NCBI GenBank assembly: GCA_002495885.1
Contig: DAHG01000033.1
Coordinates: 18,477-82,476, forward strand
DNA length: 64,000 nucleotides
Origin: Methanocellaceae archaeon UBA148
Lineage (GTDB): Archaea > Halobacteriota > UBA148
Direction: 5' to 3'
The translations under genes and the position numbers were made by a program. Below are positions 63,344 to 64,000 of this stretch, in pieces (within the stretch, counting starts at the first letter, position 1; the number at the start of each line of letters is the position of its first letter). A model generated the notes under the pieces. It saw only the letters and a program-made list of their open reading frames with translations, ran no database searches and was not told the DNA's origin.

Positions 63344-64000
63344 GTGTCTAGTATTCGAGGTGGGTTAATAAAGGAAACGATTGCTATTATTTTAGTATTG
63401 AATTTATTGGTTGTATCTTTTTTAGGATGCGTAAAATTAGATTCGAGTCCCTCTACAACACCTGTTCCTACTCTGACATCAAATAAAACACAAACTACAA
63501 CACCCACGCCAACGCCGATTCCAATAATACAGGAAGAGGATGAACTCACACTTGAACTTAAGGACCTGCCAGAGCTGGATTGGGCATTAAAGCGGATTTT
63601 TAAACCCTCTGCATTCGTAGAAGACAGGGATTACATCAGGATGGTATTAAACATCTACAAATCAAACCCCAGAATGAGCAACCTCTCAGGAGAGCCTCTA
63701 CTCTATGCTATTTTATGGCTAGGCATCGAAGATGGTCAGCGAAGTGATTTCGCTCACTACGTGGATGTTGCATACTTGGAAAGTGAGATAATCCCCTTAG
63801 CAAAGGGAATCACGACCATGTCCAGTAATGACACTCAGGCTGTGAAAGCAATTCAGGAGTGGCAAAAAAATGCCATAGAATACACTCCAGCTCAACGCCC
63901 GACGCTCAAGAATACACTCGAAAATAAAGAGGGGGAGTGTGTTGAGAAGTCTAAGTTAATTGTTACACTTTGCAGATCAGTGGGGATACCGGCAAGATTG
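63344..64000 (+). CDS. Lipoprotein with a Pro/Thr linker and a transglutaminase-like domain (partial, runs off the window end)
   Basis: Not in the ORF track because there is no stop. GTG start behind AGAGGGAG. ...LVVSFLGC lipobox-like, TTTPTPTPIP linker, and at the window edge EGECVEKSKLIVTLCRSVGIPARL, the transglutaminase-core GxC...L.R..GIPAR signature. Confidence 0.65.
   Translation, partial: MSSIRGGLIKETIAIILVLNLLVVSFLGCVKLDSSPSTTPVPTLTSNKTQTTTPTPTPIPIIQEEDELTLELKDLPELDWALKRIFKPSAFVEDRDYIRMVLNIYKSNPRMSNLSGEPLLYAILWLGIEDGQRSDFAHYVDVAYLESEIIPLAKGITTMSSNDTQAVKAIQEWQKNAIEYTPAQRPTLKNTLENKEGECVEKSKLIVTLCRSVGIPARL

Noticed and set aside
1-64000. The whole window being an extrachromosomal element, such as a giant plasmid or Borg-like element.
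   Set aside because: It is dominated by single-copy translation, nucleotide, amino-acid and lipid housekeeping genes in operon-like order, plus tRNAs. Foreign-looking DNA is confined to four short patches.

Overview
The window reads as a chromosomal segment of a methanogen-type euryarchaeon. My guess is Methanosarcinales or ANME-2-like, but I could run no search. The archaeal markers are SepRS, Taw1, aRF1, CDP-archaeol synthase, a Tes/GDGT-MAS-type radical SAM gene, an Sm-like protein and an intron-bearing tRNA. Most of it is intact, tightly packed housekeeping:
- a riboflavin operon with an HTH-fused riboflavin kinase;
- an ArsR-permease operon;
- sepS, taw1, prf1-argS, pyrH, pgk, argF, purD;
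- a contiguous tetrahydrofolate/purine block (glyA-folD-MTHFS-purN-purH-folP-cofE-like);
- nfnAB-like genes and a hypC-A-B-E-protease / hypF hydrogenase maturation cluster.

I saw no rRNA, CRISPR array, transposase or integrase.

Four accessory patches look most interesting:
1. About 7.5-10.5 kb, visibly A+T-rich. It holds one roughly 860-codon TIR / P-loop (STAND-like) NTPase defence-type gene, broken by an in-frame TAA and two single-base homopolymer expansions. A GT-C/flippase/GT2 glycosylation cassette with an unusual double GT-C fusion follows.
2. About 25.8-26.6 kb. It holds the C-terminal tail relic of an RM/BREX-type methyltransferase and a small 2-TM protein.
3. About 45.45-48.7 kb, A+T-rich. 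It holds an iteron-like repeat field, an orphan 303-aa protein, a YkgJ/UPF0153-type gene with an in-frame TAA, and another gene with an in-frame TGA plus a frameshift.
4. About 53.4-55.9 kb. A tRNA-Glu carries a 23-nt insertion or intron in its D-loop. It abuts a truncated beta-class DNA methyltransferase and an orphan HhH + MCM/Mg-chelatase-like AAA+ protein.

Every gene-disrupting lesion lies in accessory DNA, while conserved genes that contain similar homopolymers are intact.

All family calls come from motif recognition by eye. No HMM or BLAST search and no composition calculation was possible.
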